Source: an uncultured cyanobacterium (GTDB taxonomy: Bacteria > Cyanobacteriota > Cyanobacteriia > PCC-9006 > JAAUQQ01). From it: 64,000 nt of DNA. The position numbers and the translations under genes were made by a program. The stretch covers positions 5,184,001 to 5,248,000 of the forward strand of contig OY970368.1 in the NCBI GenBank assembly GCA_963718615.1, given 5' to 3'. The notes beneath the pieces were generated by a model that worked only from the letters and a program-made list of their open reading frames with translations, had not been told where the DNA came from and searched no databases. Each line of letters opens with the position of its first letter. The first letter of the stretch is position 1. This document shows, one piece after another, positions 49,219-60,393 of this stretch.

Positions 49219-49414
49219 TAGTAATCGTACCCAGTCACTACGAGTAATCTCTGAACACAGAGTAACAGTAGTCACCAGCATCAGGCTAGAGAAAAGACAA
49301 TATTCTTAAAATAAGTCTAACTTACTCAAAAACTTACTTTACAGGACATTCAACTCCTATACTCTAAAACATTATTATTGCCTTTTCCAAATCTGGAAAA
49401 CCTATCTGGAAACC

Positions 49415-50614
49415 ATGCCACGACCGCCGGAGCTCCATCCCCATAGCGATCGCCCCGCCTTCACCCGCCTAATGTTGCTCATTGCTACATTAGTCCAGTA
49501 TCCCGGCATCGGCTGCCCAGACCCAGACCCCCTTTCAAACTCAAAACAGCATCACAATGCCCTGGCACTAGTGCGCGATCGCCTCCTACAACTCGCCGCA
49601 GAACTCAAACTCGATCTCCCCGCCTACTCCGTCCCCATCCTGCGCAAAGACCTCGAAACCCTACGAGACTATGGCATCCTAGAACAGCGGATGTACCGCT
49701 GGGGCTACTATTTAGGAACCGGAGCATTAAACCGCGAGGAACTGGCTGCGGCCCTCACCGCCTTGGCCACCCAGGCGAAAATCCAGGGCGATCCACAACT
49801 GCGTTCTATGTACCAACAACTTGAGCGTCGACTGCGAGGCTTGTACCCCACATCAGACCCAGCATCAGCCCAAACGTTGGTCTATCCCATTCGCTCCCAA
49901 TTGGATCAGCTCATTATCCATACCGACCCAGAAGAACTGCGGCGCTTGGGCCATTACCAAGAAACCCTCTTTGATCACTTAGAACAGGTGGAGCAGGCGA
50001 TCGCCCAAGGCCAAGCCCTAGCGTTGTATCAGCGAAGTACACCCTACAGCAGCGGCTCCCTTGGTCCCTATCAGGTTTTTCCGCTTCAGTTGCTCTACCA
50101 TGAAATCGCTTGGTATCTGCTCTATGAGGAATGTGAAACAGAGCATTTAGCGATCCGGCGACTCGATCGGTTATCAGCTCAGATTCAGCTCCTTCAGGGC
50201 GTGACGCGATCGCAGATGGAGCAACTCGCCAGCTTAAAGTTGGCCAAGCGACTGTTGCACGATGGCTGGGGATTGTTTTTAGGGAAACCAGAACCACAGC
50301 GCCTAGAGCGCTTAGGGCAGGCGGAGTTCCGGTTGGTCAAGGTTCGTTTTTTTGAGCAAGTGGTGCAGTTTATTGTGGAGGGGGAACGGCGGCATCCCAA
50401 ACAGCGGATTCGGCTAGGACCAAAGGATGAGGCAGGGCGATTGTTGTTTGTGGATTATGAGGTGATGTTGCCGGAGCGATCGCTCCCAGAATTCTTTCGT
50501 TGGGTCAATCGTTTTTTTGAACAGGCCCAAGTTTTAGCCCCAGCAGATTGGGTAGAACAATATCGTAAAAACCTAGAAGTTATGGGACAACATTACGGGC
50601 CTATGTCAGGATAA
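49415..50614 (+). CDS. WYL-domain transcriptional regulator
   Basis: N-terminal HTH (LRKDLETL), PLQLLYHEIAWYL...RLDRL; divergent from the cas operon. Confidence 0.88.
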   Translation: MPRPPELHPHSDRPAFTRLMLLIATLVQYPGIGCPDPDPLSNSKQHHNALALVRDRLLQLAAELKLDLPAYSVPILRKDLETLRDYGILEQRMYRWGYYLGTGALNREELAAALTALATQAKIQGDPQLRSMYQQLERRLRGLYPTSDPASAQTLVYPIRSQLDQLIIHTDPEELRRLGHYQETLFDHLEQVEQAIAQGQALALYQRSTPYSSGSLGPYQVFPLQLLYHEIAWYLLYEECETEHLAIRRLDRLSAQIQLLQGVTRSQMEQLASLKLAKRLLHDGWGLFLGKPEPQRLERLGQAEFRLVKVRFFEQVVQFIVEGERRHPKQRIRLGPKDEAGRLLFVDYEVMLPERSLPEFFRWVNRFFEQAQVLAPADWVEQYRKNLEVMGQHYGPMSG

Positions 50615-50809
50615 AACTGCATCCATACCCACACACTACCTTGCGGGTTTAAGTCTAAATTCAGGCTGGCTCGTCATTTTTGATCAGCGTTCCAATTTGC
50701 CACCTGTGAGTGAGCGCACAATCTATGATCTGGTAACCCTAGACAGTGGCAGAACCATTACGGTTATTCGGGGCTGATCAAAAATGCCTTAAGTTCTATG
50801 TCTTAAGTT

Positions 50810-51703
50810 CTATGCCTTCAACGTCTCGGCAAAAAACGCAACGGTTTTCTCCCAAGCGTCCATCGCAGCTTCAGCGTTATAGCGCGTACCGGAAGGATTC
50901 GCAAAGGCATGGTCCGCGTCTTCATAAATGTAGATTTCTGCGGGTTTATTGAGATCCTGCAAGGCCGCTTCAAAGGCTTTCACATCGGCGACCGGAATTC
51001 CCTGATCTTGGCCTGCAAAGAATCCGGCGATCGGCATCTCTAGAGTCTCCAGTTTTGCCTGATCCGTCACCACCTGACCGTAATACATGACCAGTGCATC
51101 CAGATCTTGCGGCAGCAACAATCCCGTCCGCAAGGACCAGCCCCCGCCAAAACACCAGCCAATCGAACCGACTTTCGTCGCCTGTTGTGCCGTCGTCAGA
51201 TACCCATAGGCCTGCTTGAGATTCTCCTGGGCTGGCTCCGGCGTTTGCATCACCGACTGCATCAGCGTCCGGGCTTGATCCGGTTGTTCTGCAACTTGGC
51301 CGTTGTACAAATCCACCGCGAGGACCGTATAGCCCTCTCCCGCTAGTCGCTGGGCGATCGCCCGAATATTATCATTGAGTCCCCACCATTCATGAATCGC
51401 AATGATCGCCGGGAGGGGCTCTGTCGCAACCTCGGGCTTGGCCAGAAAGCCCTTGACGACTTGGTCACCAATAGTTGCGTACTCGACTTCTTCTGTGGTG
51501 ACGGGTTGAGCTGGGTCCATCCTGGAAACCTCCGTTGCTATGGGTTTGTCCCCTTGGTGCTCTTGGGCCATGCGATCGGTCAGCGTGGCTTCTGGCCTGG
51601 GGCTTTGGGCCTGGGTGGATGCGGGGCCGCAGGCTTGGAGAAATAGCGTGGTGCTGAGGGCGATCGCAAATAAACCCACCAGCCAAGACCGTAAACGAAA
51701 CAT
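50810..51703 (-). CDS. Dienelactone hydrolase family lipoprotein
   Basis: HEWWGLN, GWCFGG, HAFANPSG; lipobox LQAC. Confidence 0.9.
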   Translation of the reverse strand: MFRLRSWLVGLFAIALSTTLFLQACGPASTQAQSPRPEATLTDRMAQEHQGDKPIATEVSRMDPAQPVTTEEVEYATIGDQVVKGFLAKPEVATEPLPAIIAIHEWWGLNDNIRAIAQRLAGEGYTVLAVDLYNGQVAEQPDQARTLMQSVMQTPEPAQENLKQAYGYLTTAQQATKVGSIGWCFGGGWSLRTGLLLPQDLDALVMYYGQVVTDQAKLETLEMPIAGFFAGQDQGIPVADVKAFEAALQDLNKPAEIYIYEDADHAFANPSGTRYNAEAAMDAWEKTVAFFAETLKA

Positions 51704-51845
51704 GGTTAGTCCTCCCTAGACTAAAATATGAACCTTGGGATGTTTCCGCTAGGTTCGAGCGCTTTGTTTTTTGCTGCGCCCTTTGTACCCTAGCAAGGCT
51801 GCCTGAGGAAATAATCTATCTCTCAGGAGTGATTTGAAATTTCCT

Positions 51846-53324
51846 ATGACCTTTGCCAACCTGGGCCTCCGGGCCGAATTACTTCAGGCGATCGCCGACC
51901 AAGGCTACACAACGCCCACACCCATCCAACAGCAGGCCATCCCGGTCGTCCTAGAGGGACATGATGTCTTGGCCGGGGCTCAGACCGGCACAGGCAAAAC
52001 CGCTGGCTTCACGCTGCCCTTGCTCCAGCGGCTGATGGCCAACGCCCCAGAACCGCGCAGTGCTGACTCCCCTGGGTCTCCGAAGCGGTTGCCTAGCCGT
52101 CCCCCGATTCGTGCCTTAATTCTGACCCCGACCCGTGAGCTCGCAGCCCAGGTGGCCGAAAATGTCAGTCTTTACAGTCAGCATTTGCCGCTGAAATGTA
52201 CGGTGATGTTTGGGGGGGTGAATATCAATCCCCAGATGGCGCGGCTGCGGCGGGGAGTGGACATTCTGGTGGCGACGCCGGGACGCTTGCTTGACCATGT
52301 GGGACGGGGGACGGCGGATCTATCCCAGGTGGAGATCTTGGTGTTGGATGAGGCCGATCGCATGCTCGACATGGGCTTTATCCACGACATTCGCAAAATT
52401 CTGGCCCTCTTACCCAAACAGCGGCAGAATTTGCTGTTCTCGGCGACGTTTTCTCGGGAAATCAAACAGCTCGCTGATGGCTTTTTGAAAGACCCGGTAA
52501 TGCTAGAAGCGGCGCGGCAAAATACCGCAGCGGAAACGGTGGAGCAGGTGGTTTATCCGGTGGATCGCAAACGCAAACGGGAATTGCTTTCCTATCTGAT
52601 TGGCTCCCGCAACTGGGATCAGGTTTTGGTGTTTACGCGGACCAAGCACGGGGCCAACCGCTTGGCCCAGCAACTGGAAGAGGATGGCTTGCGATCGGCA
52701 GCCATCCATGGCAACAAGAGCCAAGGGGCTCGAACGCGGGCCTTGGCTGGGTTTAAGGAGGGTGCAGTCCGGGTGCTCGTAGCCACGGATATTGCGGCGC
52801 GAGGGCTAGATATTGACCAGTTGCCCCATGTGGTCAATTTTGAGTTGCCCAATGTGCCGGAGGACTATGTGCACCGGATTGGTCGCACCGGGCGAGCGGG
52901 TCATGTGGGGGTGGCGGTGTCGCTGCTGTCCTCCGATGAAACTAAGTTTATGCAAGATATCGAGCGGTTGCTAAAGCAAAAGATTGAGCGGGAGACGATT
53001 CCGGGGTTTGAGCTCAATTCCATGCCTTCTCGGGGAGAGGGGGATGAACGGGAGCGATCGCCCGACCGAGACTATCCCCGCCGAGGCCCCCGCACCGGTC
53101 GCAGCGATAAACCTCGCCATGCGGAAAAACGTAGCACGAGTGCCCCACCGCGTGAAAAAAATCATGCTGAAGCGCAGGGGACAGCAAAAGCCTCGCCCAA
53201 AATTACCCCCAAATCCGGTGCACAACCCAAGCCGAAGAGTCGAGGTTCTGAAGCGAATTATTCTGGGGAGATGCAGCCTAAGGCACGGCGGCGATCGCGT
53301 CCTACAGGTCGGAAAGCCCACTGA
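51846..53324 (+). CDS. rhlE: DEAD-box RNA helicase, RhlE-like
   Basis: [34 protein letters not shown]. Confidence 0.9.
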   Translation: MTFANLGLRAELLQAIADQGYTTPTPIQQQAIPVVLEGHDVLAGAQTGTGKTAGFTLPLLQRLMANAPEPRSADSPGSPKRLPSRPPIRALILTPTRELAAQVAENVSLYSQHLPLKCTVMFGGVNINPQMARLRRGVDILVATPGRLLDHVGRGTADLSQVEILVLDEADRMLDMGFIHDIRKILALLPKQRQNLLFSATFSREIKQLADGFLKDPVMLEAARQNTAAETVEQVVYPVDRKRKRELLSYLIGSRNWDQVLVFTRTKHGANRLAQQLEEDGLRSAAIHGNKSQGARTRALAGFKEGAVRVLVATDIAARGLDIDQLPHVVNFELPNVPEDYVHRIGRTGRAGHVGVAVSLLSSDETKFMQDIERLLKQKIERETIPGFELNSMPSRGEGDERERSPDRDYPRRGPRTGRSDKPRHAEKRSTSAPPREKNHAEAQGTAKASPKITPKSGAQPKPKSRGSEANYSGEMQPKARRRSRPTGRKAH

Positions 53325-53491
53325 GTAAAAGGGTGATCAAAAAACAACAAGAAGGAGTAAAGGGTTAGTTTTCGTGAATCCACTTAGTGAGTTCGTTCCG
53401 GGTCTTAAACTGAGTGGATTCACACCATAACCCAGCTAGGATCTGGTTGATAAATTGCCTCCAACACACCCAGCCCCAAAACCAATGTCAT

Positions 53492-53802
53492 TTAAGGTCG
53501 CTGAAGACGATAGGATGCGAGAAGTTGCTCTACAAGACCTGTAGAGACTCGAAAAGATGTTTTTTGCAGGTTCACAATCGCCGTTGGAAAATCCAATAAA
53601 CCAGCAAGCCCCGCCTGGTAAAGAATGCCAAGGGTGCCAGTTATAGTAAGTTTATAGCTTTGCGCCGCGAGTCTAGCATCTAGGTCGTCAATGATAATAA
53701 GCTGTGATTGGAGGGAAACTGCCAGTGAGATGGCTTCACATTCCCCGTCACACAAATTCGTCGGCAAATTTTTATGGGTGAAGTATCACTGATGATGATC
53801 AT
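53492..53802 (-). pseudogene. DUF3368 PIN toxin with internal deletion
   Basis: Start MIIISDTSP at 53802 is joined out of frame to the C-terminal GECEAISLA...IIDD...GTLGIL. Confidence 0.75.
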
Positions 53803-54076
53803 GCTGATTGATTACCTGGGCGATCGCTTGAACATCGTTTTCAACCTCTTCTAAGGTGTAAGGAAGATAGGCTTCATACTGCTTGAGAAAAGCATCCGTC
53901 GCGAGGCGAGAGGGAAACTGAAGCAGACGTTGAACCTCTGTAGCAGTCATGAGACGTGCCTTATAAGCCTCAACCGCCACAGCTTCGATGGCTCGACGAG
54001 ACAGTGCATCCGCATGTCCCTGAAGGCGCTGCTCTAAATCCTGGGGAATGGGAAGGGTAATTTGCATGGCTTGCAA
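53786..54076 (-). CDS. UPF0175-family antitoxin
   Basis: MQITLPIP...AVEAY...YTLEEVENDV; upstream of the DUF3368 gene. Confidence 0.75.
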   Translation of the reverse strand: MQAMQITLPIPQDLEQRLQGHADALSRRAIEAVAVEAYKARLMTATEVQRLLQFPSRLATDAFLKQYEAYLPYTLEEVENDVQAIAQVINQHDHHQ

Positions 54077-54197
54077 GTCTAGACGCGAAGTCCGGCATTA
54101 TTCTGGGATATTTCCATTGTCCTACACCAACCCAAAGCTGGCCACAGCGATACAATAAACAGGCATCGTCACCAAACTTTACCTTCTGCCCCTCCCT

Positions 54198-55043
54198 ATG
54201 CGCCGCTTGTTTTCCCGCCTAACCGCTTTCTGTCTGAGCTTACTCTTAGGCATTTTGGTGGGCTGCGGGGTTCCTCAACCTGCCCAGGCCGCTAGCCCTG
54301 ATCCAGAACTGCAAGCGATCTACCAAGACCTGGGTAACTTGTATCAGCAAGCCATGGTCGCCACCCAAAGCGGCGACTTTAACCAGGCCGAAGCCCTCTG
54401 GACCGAGGCCATCGAGCGCATGCCCAGCAACCCCGCAACCTGGAGCAATCGAGGCAATTCGCGGGTGAGTCAGTTTAAGTTGGAGGAGGCGATCGCCGAC
54501 TTTAATCAGGCTGTGGAATTGGCCCCGGATCAACCGGATCCCTATCTCAATCGCGGGACCGCCTGGGAAGGGTTGGGGGAATGGGATCGGGCGATCGCCG
54601 ACTACAACAAAGCCTTAGAAATCGCCCCTGATGACCCGATCGCCCTGAATAATCGTGGCAATGCCCAGGGCGGAAAAGGCGATTGGGAAGCAGCATTAGC
54701 AGACTTTCATCAGGCCGCAGAACTAGCACCGGGGGTTGCGTTACCCAATATCAACTATGCCCTGGCGACTTATCAGCTAGGCGATAAGCAAGCCGGAACT
54801 CGGTTTATTCGCAACTTGGTTCGGCGCTATGGCCAAGCAGCAGATCCTCGCGCCGCCTTGACAGCGGTGTTGTGGGACCAAGGCATGCAGGGGGAAGCGG
54901 AAAGCAATTGGGTGGCGGCGATCGGCTTGGATAATCGCTATCGGGATCTGGATTGGGTAGCCCATATTCGCCGTTGGCCACCGGTTTTGGTCCAAGCGCT
55001 GGAACGGTTTTTGAAATTGGAATCGGTTCCCCAAAATTCCTAA
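54198..55043 (+). CDS. TPR-repeat protein with signal peptide
   Basis: Repeats WSNRGN..AIADFNQA and YLNRG..AIADYNKA. Confidence 0.9.
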   Translation: MRRLFSRLTAFCLSLLLGILVGCGVPQPAQAASPDPELQAIYQDLGNLYQQAMVATQSGDFNQAEALWTEAIERMPSNPATWSNRGNSRVSQFKLEEAIADFNQAVELAPDQPDPYLNRGTAWEGLGEWDRAIADYNKALEIAPDDPIALNNRGNAQGGKGDWEAALADFHQAAELAPGVALPNINYALATYQLGDKQAGTRFIRNLVRRYGQAADPRAALTAVLWDQGMQGEAESNWVAAIGLDNRYRDLDWVAHIRRWPPVLVQALERFLKLESVPQNS

Positions 55044-55049
55044 GCGAGA

Positions 55050-55547
55050 ATGCTTAATCCTATGGTGCATCTGCCTGACGATTATCAGCTCCGACCTGCC
55101 CAAGCCGAGGATTTACCAGAGATTCGGCGGTTGGTTTTATCGGAATGGCTGGATCCAACCCAATTGCAATGGCAACAGTTTTGGGTCATTGTCACCCGCC
55201 CAACCGGTGAAAGTTTCACCCCAGCACTCATCGCCTGCGGCCAATTGCGGTCCTTTGAAGGTGCCCAGGAATTGGGCAGTGTGGTCGTGCGCAAAGATCT
55301 GCGCGGGAAAGGATTAGGCAGCGATTTAATTCAGCATTTAATTGCCCAAGCAACCCAGCCATTGTACTTAGAATGCTTGGGCAAAGGTCGCACTAGGTTT
55401 TACGAGCGGTTTGGATTTGTGCCCGTGCGGTGGGGAGCGTTACCGCGATCGCTCCGGTTCAAATTTGGCCCCTCGGCGATCGCCTCCCAAGTGCTACGCC
55501 TCCCCATCACATTGATGCACTACTCTCCACTCACACCCGGCTCATAA
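55050..55547 (+). CDS. GNAT-family N-acetyltransferase
   Basis: VVVRKDLRGKGLG, FYERFGF. Confidence 0.85.
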   Translation: MLNPMVHLPDDYQLRPAQAEDLPEIRRLVLSEWLDPTQLQWQQFWVIVTRPTGESFTPALIACGQLRSFEGAQELGSVVVRKDLRGKGLGSDLIQHLIAQATQPLYLECLGKGRTRFYERFGFVPVRWGALPRSLRFKFGPSAIASQVLRLPITLMHYSPLTPGS

Positions 55548-56664
55548 GATACTGGCCGTTACCGTTATACTCACCCTCACAGGTCGAAAAAATGGTTCCA
55601 GTCAGCAGGAGATAGAACCGCCATATTCGGCGGAATTTAGCGTAGTCCATGCCATAGTCTAGAGCACAAACGCTGTCTTGAGCATCATCAAATCGCTGCA
55701 ACCACACAGTCAAGGTTTTGTGATAATTCATCCCATTCATGTACCACCGGTTAACCGTTTTGAGATCGCGGCTATGGCTGGGAACAGCATCATAATTCCA
55801 GTAGCGACCGTGGGGGAAAATGTATTTGTGCGTAAAGCCAGACGACATTGGGTTGGGGATACGGGCGGTAATGATATGAATGAAGACTTTACCGTCGGGT
55901 TTAAGCAAAGAGGCTAGCTTTTGAAAGGCATTTGTGAGATTACCCACATGACAAAAGACGCCAATAGAGAGAATCTTATCAAATTTCTCATCAAACTCTA
56001 CCTCGTTCAAATCGCCTTCATACAAGCTAAACCGGCCAGAACTTAGGTAACTCTCCGGATCTTGCATTTTGTGACGCATGTATTCGCACTGTTGATGGCT
56101 TAGGTTCAGCCCGGTAAAGCGAACATTGGGAAACTTAGACAGGATATAATTGGGTACGCAGCCCCAGCCACAGCCAAAATCTAAAATGTGGTCGCCATCG
56201 CGGATTTCAAACCGTTCAATGATCTGATCGATCATGTGCATTTGGGATTGCTCTAGATCGATCGCCCCACGCTCCCAAAACCCAGTGCTGTATTTGGGAT
56301 AAATCACTGGCCAGTCTCCCAACATACGATTTAGCAACGCTTGAGGCAAGTCATACTGCACCTTCATCAGTTCTGTTGAGGATTCAGCCAAATGCTCAGA
56401 TTCCTGGAGTACCCACTCATAGGGAGCCAGCAAAGCGGGGCAATGTTGAAACAAAATGGGCATTGACTGGTGGATCAACGCCCGAAAGGCAGAATCTGAG
56501 ATTTCTAAACCATTGATATAAGCTTCTGCCAAAGCCATTTGAGCCCCATTGCAAGCTCTGGCCATGAGTCGCGTTGCTTGGTAGGCGATCGGATCCTTAA
56601 GGTTGATATCTCCAACAGCGGGGATATGCTTTTGGAGACCTGATAGTAGATTCGTAGAAGTCAT
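55531..56664 (-). CDS. Cyclopropane-fatty-acid-synthase-like SAM methyltransferase
   Basis: KYS..FW, ILDFGCGWG, YIFP, FRRIWRFYL. Confidence 0.85.
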   Translation of the reverse strand: MTSTNLLSGLQKHIPAVGDINLKDPIAYQATRLMARACNGAQMALAEAYINGLEISDSAFRALIHQSMPILFQHCPALLAPYEWVLQESEHLAESSTELMKVQYDLPQALLNRMLGDWPVIYPKYSTGFWERGAIDLEQSQMHMIDQIIERFEIRDGDHILDFGCGWGCVPNYILSKFPNVRFTGLNLSHQQCEYMRHKMQDPESYLSSGRFSLYEGDLNEVEFDEKFDKILSIGVFCHVGNLTNAFQKLASLLKPDGKVFIHIITARIPNPMSSGFTHKYIFPHGRYWNYDAVPSHSRDLKTVNRWYMNGMNYHKTLTVWLQRFDDAQDSVCALDYGMDYAKFRRIWRFYLLLTGTIFSTCEGEYNGNGQYLMSRV

Positions 56665-56744
56665 TTTGGTTTCTCTAAGCTCAGAAAAAACTCAGCGAAC
56701 AGACCACGAAAGACATCAACTTGAGAAATATTGGGCTTGTAACC

Positions 56745-56772
56745 ACTCAAGTGCCATATATGGCACTTGAGT
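56745..56772. other. Perfect 28-bp palindrome in the intergenic region
   Basis: ACTCAAGTGCCATATATGGCACTTGAGT. Confidence 0.8.
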
Positions 56773-56823
56773 CATCATCCACAGTATGGGGCTTAGTATA
56801 ACAAGCCTTTTATTTCTCGATGA

Positions 56824-57741
56824 TTAAGAATCTACCGATGTTTCTACAGCAACTGAAAACTCCAAATGCTGATTTTCTGTATTTTTGTGCCGAGCACGCC
56901 CCAGCAGCTTCGCCTCACTGGGCACCTTGATATGGGAGGCCAACGAGACCGACTCCAGCCCCTGGATCAACCAAAACGTAGGATCCGGTAAATAGACCAC
57001 TTTGCCATCCCGAATCGTAATGCCATGGCGGCAGGAGGCTTGAAAAGCATGATGAAGATTATGCCAGCCTTCACCGACAGTTAAAAACGCAACAAACCCA
57101 TTATTGCGGCTGTGGTCATCGGTGATAAAGGGCTGATCCCCCACCAAATGCGCCAGGGAATTAACCGTTTGAATCCCGTGAAACAGTAGGGTTGTACTGA
57201 GGAAAAACGCACCGAGATATTCAAGTCCCCCGATGCCATAGGACAGTAACCCCAAAGCCACCAGTGGGACAAAGTGAAGGCGATCGAGCGTTTTTAACAC
57301 CCTGTCATTTTCCACATCCATCGGCAGCTGCGCCGGGAAAAATTGACGGGAGAGCAGCCACCCCCCCTGAGCCCAATAAAATCCCTTGCCTCCCGCAGCC
57401 GGAGCATGGGGGGAGTGGGGATCCAGCTCCGTATCGACCTGTTGGTGATGGACCAGATGATGAGCCTTCCACCAGCTCGGCCCCATTTGTCCTGCGGCAG
57501 CGGCCAAAACACACCCCACCCACAAAACGCCAATCGGCGCTTGGTAAGCCCGATGGGTCAGTAACCGATGGTAAACCGTGCTGGTGGCCAAGGCGCGAAT
57601 GACATACAGCAGCACTATCCAGAGAACAGCCCCCCAGGAGAGGCCCGTGAATAACAGCAGCAGTGAGCCGAGATGACTGACAATGATGAACGTTGGGCCT
57701 AAAAGGTAGGAAACCAACGTGAGTGTAGAGTAATGCCTCAT
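56824..57741 (-). CDS. Membrane fatty-acid desaturase (delta-9-like)
   Basis: His boxes HRLLTH, HHLVHH, HNLHH; DPHSP. Confidence 0.9.
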   Translation of the reverse strand: MRHYSTLTLVSYLLGPTFIIVSHLGSLLLLFTGLSWGAVLWIVLLYVIRALATSTVYHRLLTHRAYQAPIGVLWVGCVLAAAAGQMGPSWWKAHHLVHHQQVDTELDPHSPHAPAAGGKGFYWAQGGWLLSRQFFPAQLPMDVENDRVLKTLDRLHFVPLVALGLLSYGIGGLEYLGAFFLSTTLLFHGIQTVNSLAHLVGDQPFITDDHSRNNGFVAFLTVGEGWHNLHHAFQASCRHGITIRDGKVVYLPDPTFWLIQGLESVSLASHIKVPSEAKLLGRARHKNTENQHLEFSVAVETSVDS

Positions 57742-58137
57742 GATTAATTTTCTACGGTGCCTCGACGGATAAGAGAGCAAAAAACGAAAACGAGAAAGAC
57801 AATGGACAAAGCTCCCTAGATGCTAGGCATCAGAATAAAGACAGGAAAGGTCAATGGGCGTCAGGTTTTATTGAAATAGTGATATGCTCAAAACCCTCAA
57901 AACCCGACCCTATCAGTCAATATAGCGAACTCGGTGTACTCCTGTTGAGGCTGGCCAGCGCAAGATAATCAAGGTTCAGCCCTAGGGCCGAGGCTTACTG
58001 CGCGTAAACACCTGCCAACCAATAAACAGCGCAAAGGCACAATAGCTACCGAGGGCTAGGGCATCTTGCCAATGGGTCAAAAATCCGGGATGCAGGGGTT
58101 CCATGGGAATAGCGATCGCTCATACTCATTCATAAGA

Positions 58138-60343
58138 TTAGGCCAATGGCGCGGTGGCGACAATCCAGGCGATCGCCCCCTCCAAAACCCGCTCCTGCCC
58201 CACCCATTGCCCAAACTGTGCCTTGACTTGCTGCAACGATTGCGGCGATAGGTGCTGAGCCAAAAGCGACCCGTAGCTGCGCGATCGCCCATCAAACCAC
58301 CGCTCCACCAAGGCCTCTGTCACCCGCAGGGGCACCGCCGTCCGCTCCACCGTCACCGTGATCGCTAACCCCGCCCGCTGAAACCAAACCTCCAACTCCG
58401 CCACCCCCCAAAATAACGAGACGTCTTGGTCATAAAACATCGACTCCGCCCTTCTGGAGCTGCTTCAGCAACTTGGAGTCAGTCTCCCGATTGTCTAGCC
58501 AAGCCGATAGCCGTTGACCCAACCGAGGCACATTTTCCACTAGGACACACCGTCCCGCTGGAGCCAGCAACGCTGAAATTTCCTGCACCCTGGCCGCTGG
58601 GTTTTCCAACCCACTCAAGCCATTGCGCCCCACAATCCGCTCAAACACAGGCTGGGGCTGAACGTCCTCCGGTTGGACTCCGCCTTGCTCCTGTCTCACG
58701 TCTACCCCAGGCCGGAGCAACTCGGGCAAATCCAGCGCTTGCTGCCGCAACTGCTCCGCCTCCGCCTCCGTTCGCACCCAGGCCCAAACCCCTCCCTCCG
58801 GGACCCGACGCAGGGCCTCCCAGGTGAGTAAACCACTACCGGCATTCATGTCCAAAACGCGGTGATGGCGTTGACATTGGGTAAGTTCGAAGAGGCGATC
58901 GCGCACCCCTCCCAACCGCTCCCCCGACTGCCCCATCGCCCGCTGCAACCACCGATCCGCCTGACGATTCACTGGCCCAAAACTCAACACCTCCGGAATC
59001 CCCAAATCCCCATCCGCAAGGGCTGCAATCTGAGCCTCCCGCCGCTGACTAATTTGCATCGCCAACCGACCTTCCCAACCCTGATCCGCAGGCTGATAAA
59101 ACGCCTGTCCCTGTAGCCCATTCGGCAAATATTGTTGCGCCACCCAGTGGTCCCGGTAGGCATGGGGATATTTGTAGTTGGCCCCATGGCCAAAGCTGTG
59201 TTTGTCGCGGTTGCTGTCCTTGAGGTGATTGGGAATATCCTCGGCGCGCTCCTGCTGAACGACCTTGAGCGCCTCAAAAAAGCCCATGGTGCTGTTGGAT
59301 TTTGGGGCATTGGCCAAATACAGAGTTGCCTGGGCCAGGGGATACTGCCCCTCCGGGAGGCCAATGCGATCGAACGCTGCCGCACAGGCCATCACCACGC
59401 CCACCGCCTGGGGATCCGCTAGGCCAATATCCTCGCTGGCCAGAATGATCAACCGCCGAAAAATAAAACGCGGGTCCTCACCGCTATAAACCATCCGCGC
59501 CAGCCAATAGAGCGCCGCATCAGGATCCGAGCCCCGCACACTTTTAATCAAGGCACTGATCGTATCGAAATGGGCATCTCCCTCTTTGTCATACAACACA
59601 GCTCGCTGCTGGATCGATTCCTCCGCCACTTCCAGGGTGATGGAAACCTGGCCATCGGCAGCGGGTGGCGTGGTTTCCACCGCCAGTTCTAGGGCATTGA
59701 GCAGGGCGCGGGCATCGCCGTTGGCCACATTGACGAGATGATTGCGGGCGTCGGGGGTGATTTGGACCAGGCGATCGCCATACCCCCGCTGCGAATCCGC
59801 CAAAGCCTGATCCAAAACCCGCTGCAAATCTGCATCCTGAAGCGACTGGAGCTGGAATAGACGCGATCGCGACACCAGCGCCTTATTTACCTCAAAATAG
59901 GGATTTTCCGTAGTTGCACCAATCAAAATAATCGTGCCATTTTCCACCCAGGGCAAAAGCGCATCCTGCTGGGCTTTGTTAAACCGATGGACTTCATCCA
60001 CAAACAAAATCGTGCGCTGACCAAAACGGCCCCGGTGATCCTGGGCGGTGGCGATCGCCTCGCGAATCTCCTTAACCCCCGCCAGCACAGCATTAATGGC
60101 GATGAAATGGGCTCGGGTTGTATTGGCAATAATCTGAGCTAGGGTGGTTTTGCCCGTACCGGGGGGACCGTAGAAAATCAGCGACGAGAGTTGGTCGGCG
60201 GCGATCGCCCGTCTCAACAACCGACCCGGCCCAATAATTCCATCCTGCCCCACAAACTCATCCAGCGTACGGGGACGCATCCGAGCCGCAAGCGGGGCAT
60301 CGGTTTGGCTGAGCTGATGGCTGTGGTGCTGAAAGAGGTCCAT
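58138..60343 (-). CDS. rarA: RarA/MgsA AAA+ ATPase with C-terminal methyltransferase-like extension (1-bp frameshift at ~58450)
   Basis: [34 protein letters not shown]; ORF 58138..58440 continues it in another frame. Confidence 0.88.
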
Positions 60344-60393
60344 GGGGCAGGATCACAGCGTGCCCGCTGTAGCGGCAGTTCCGTTTGCCTAGC

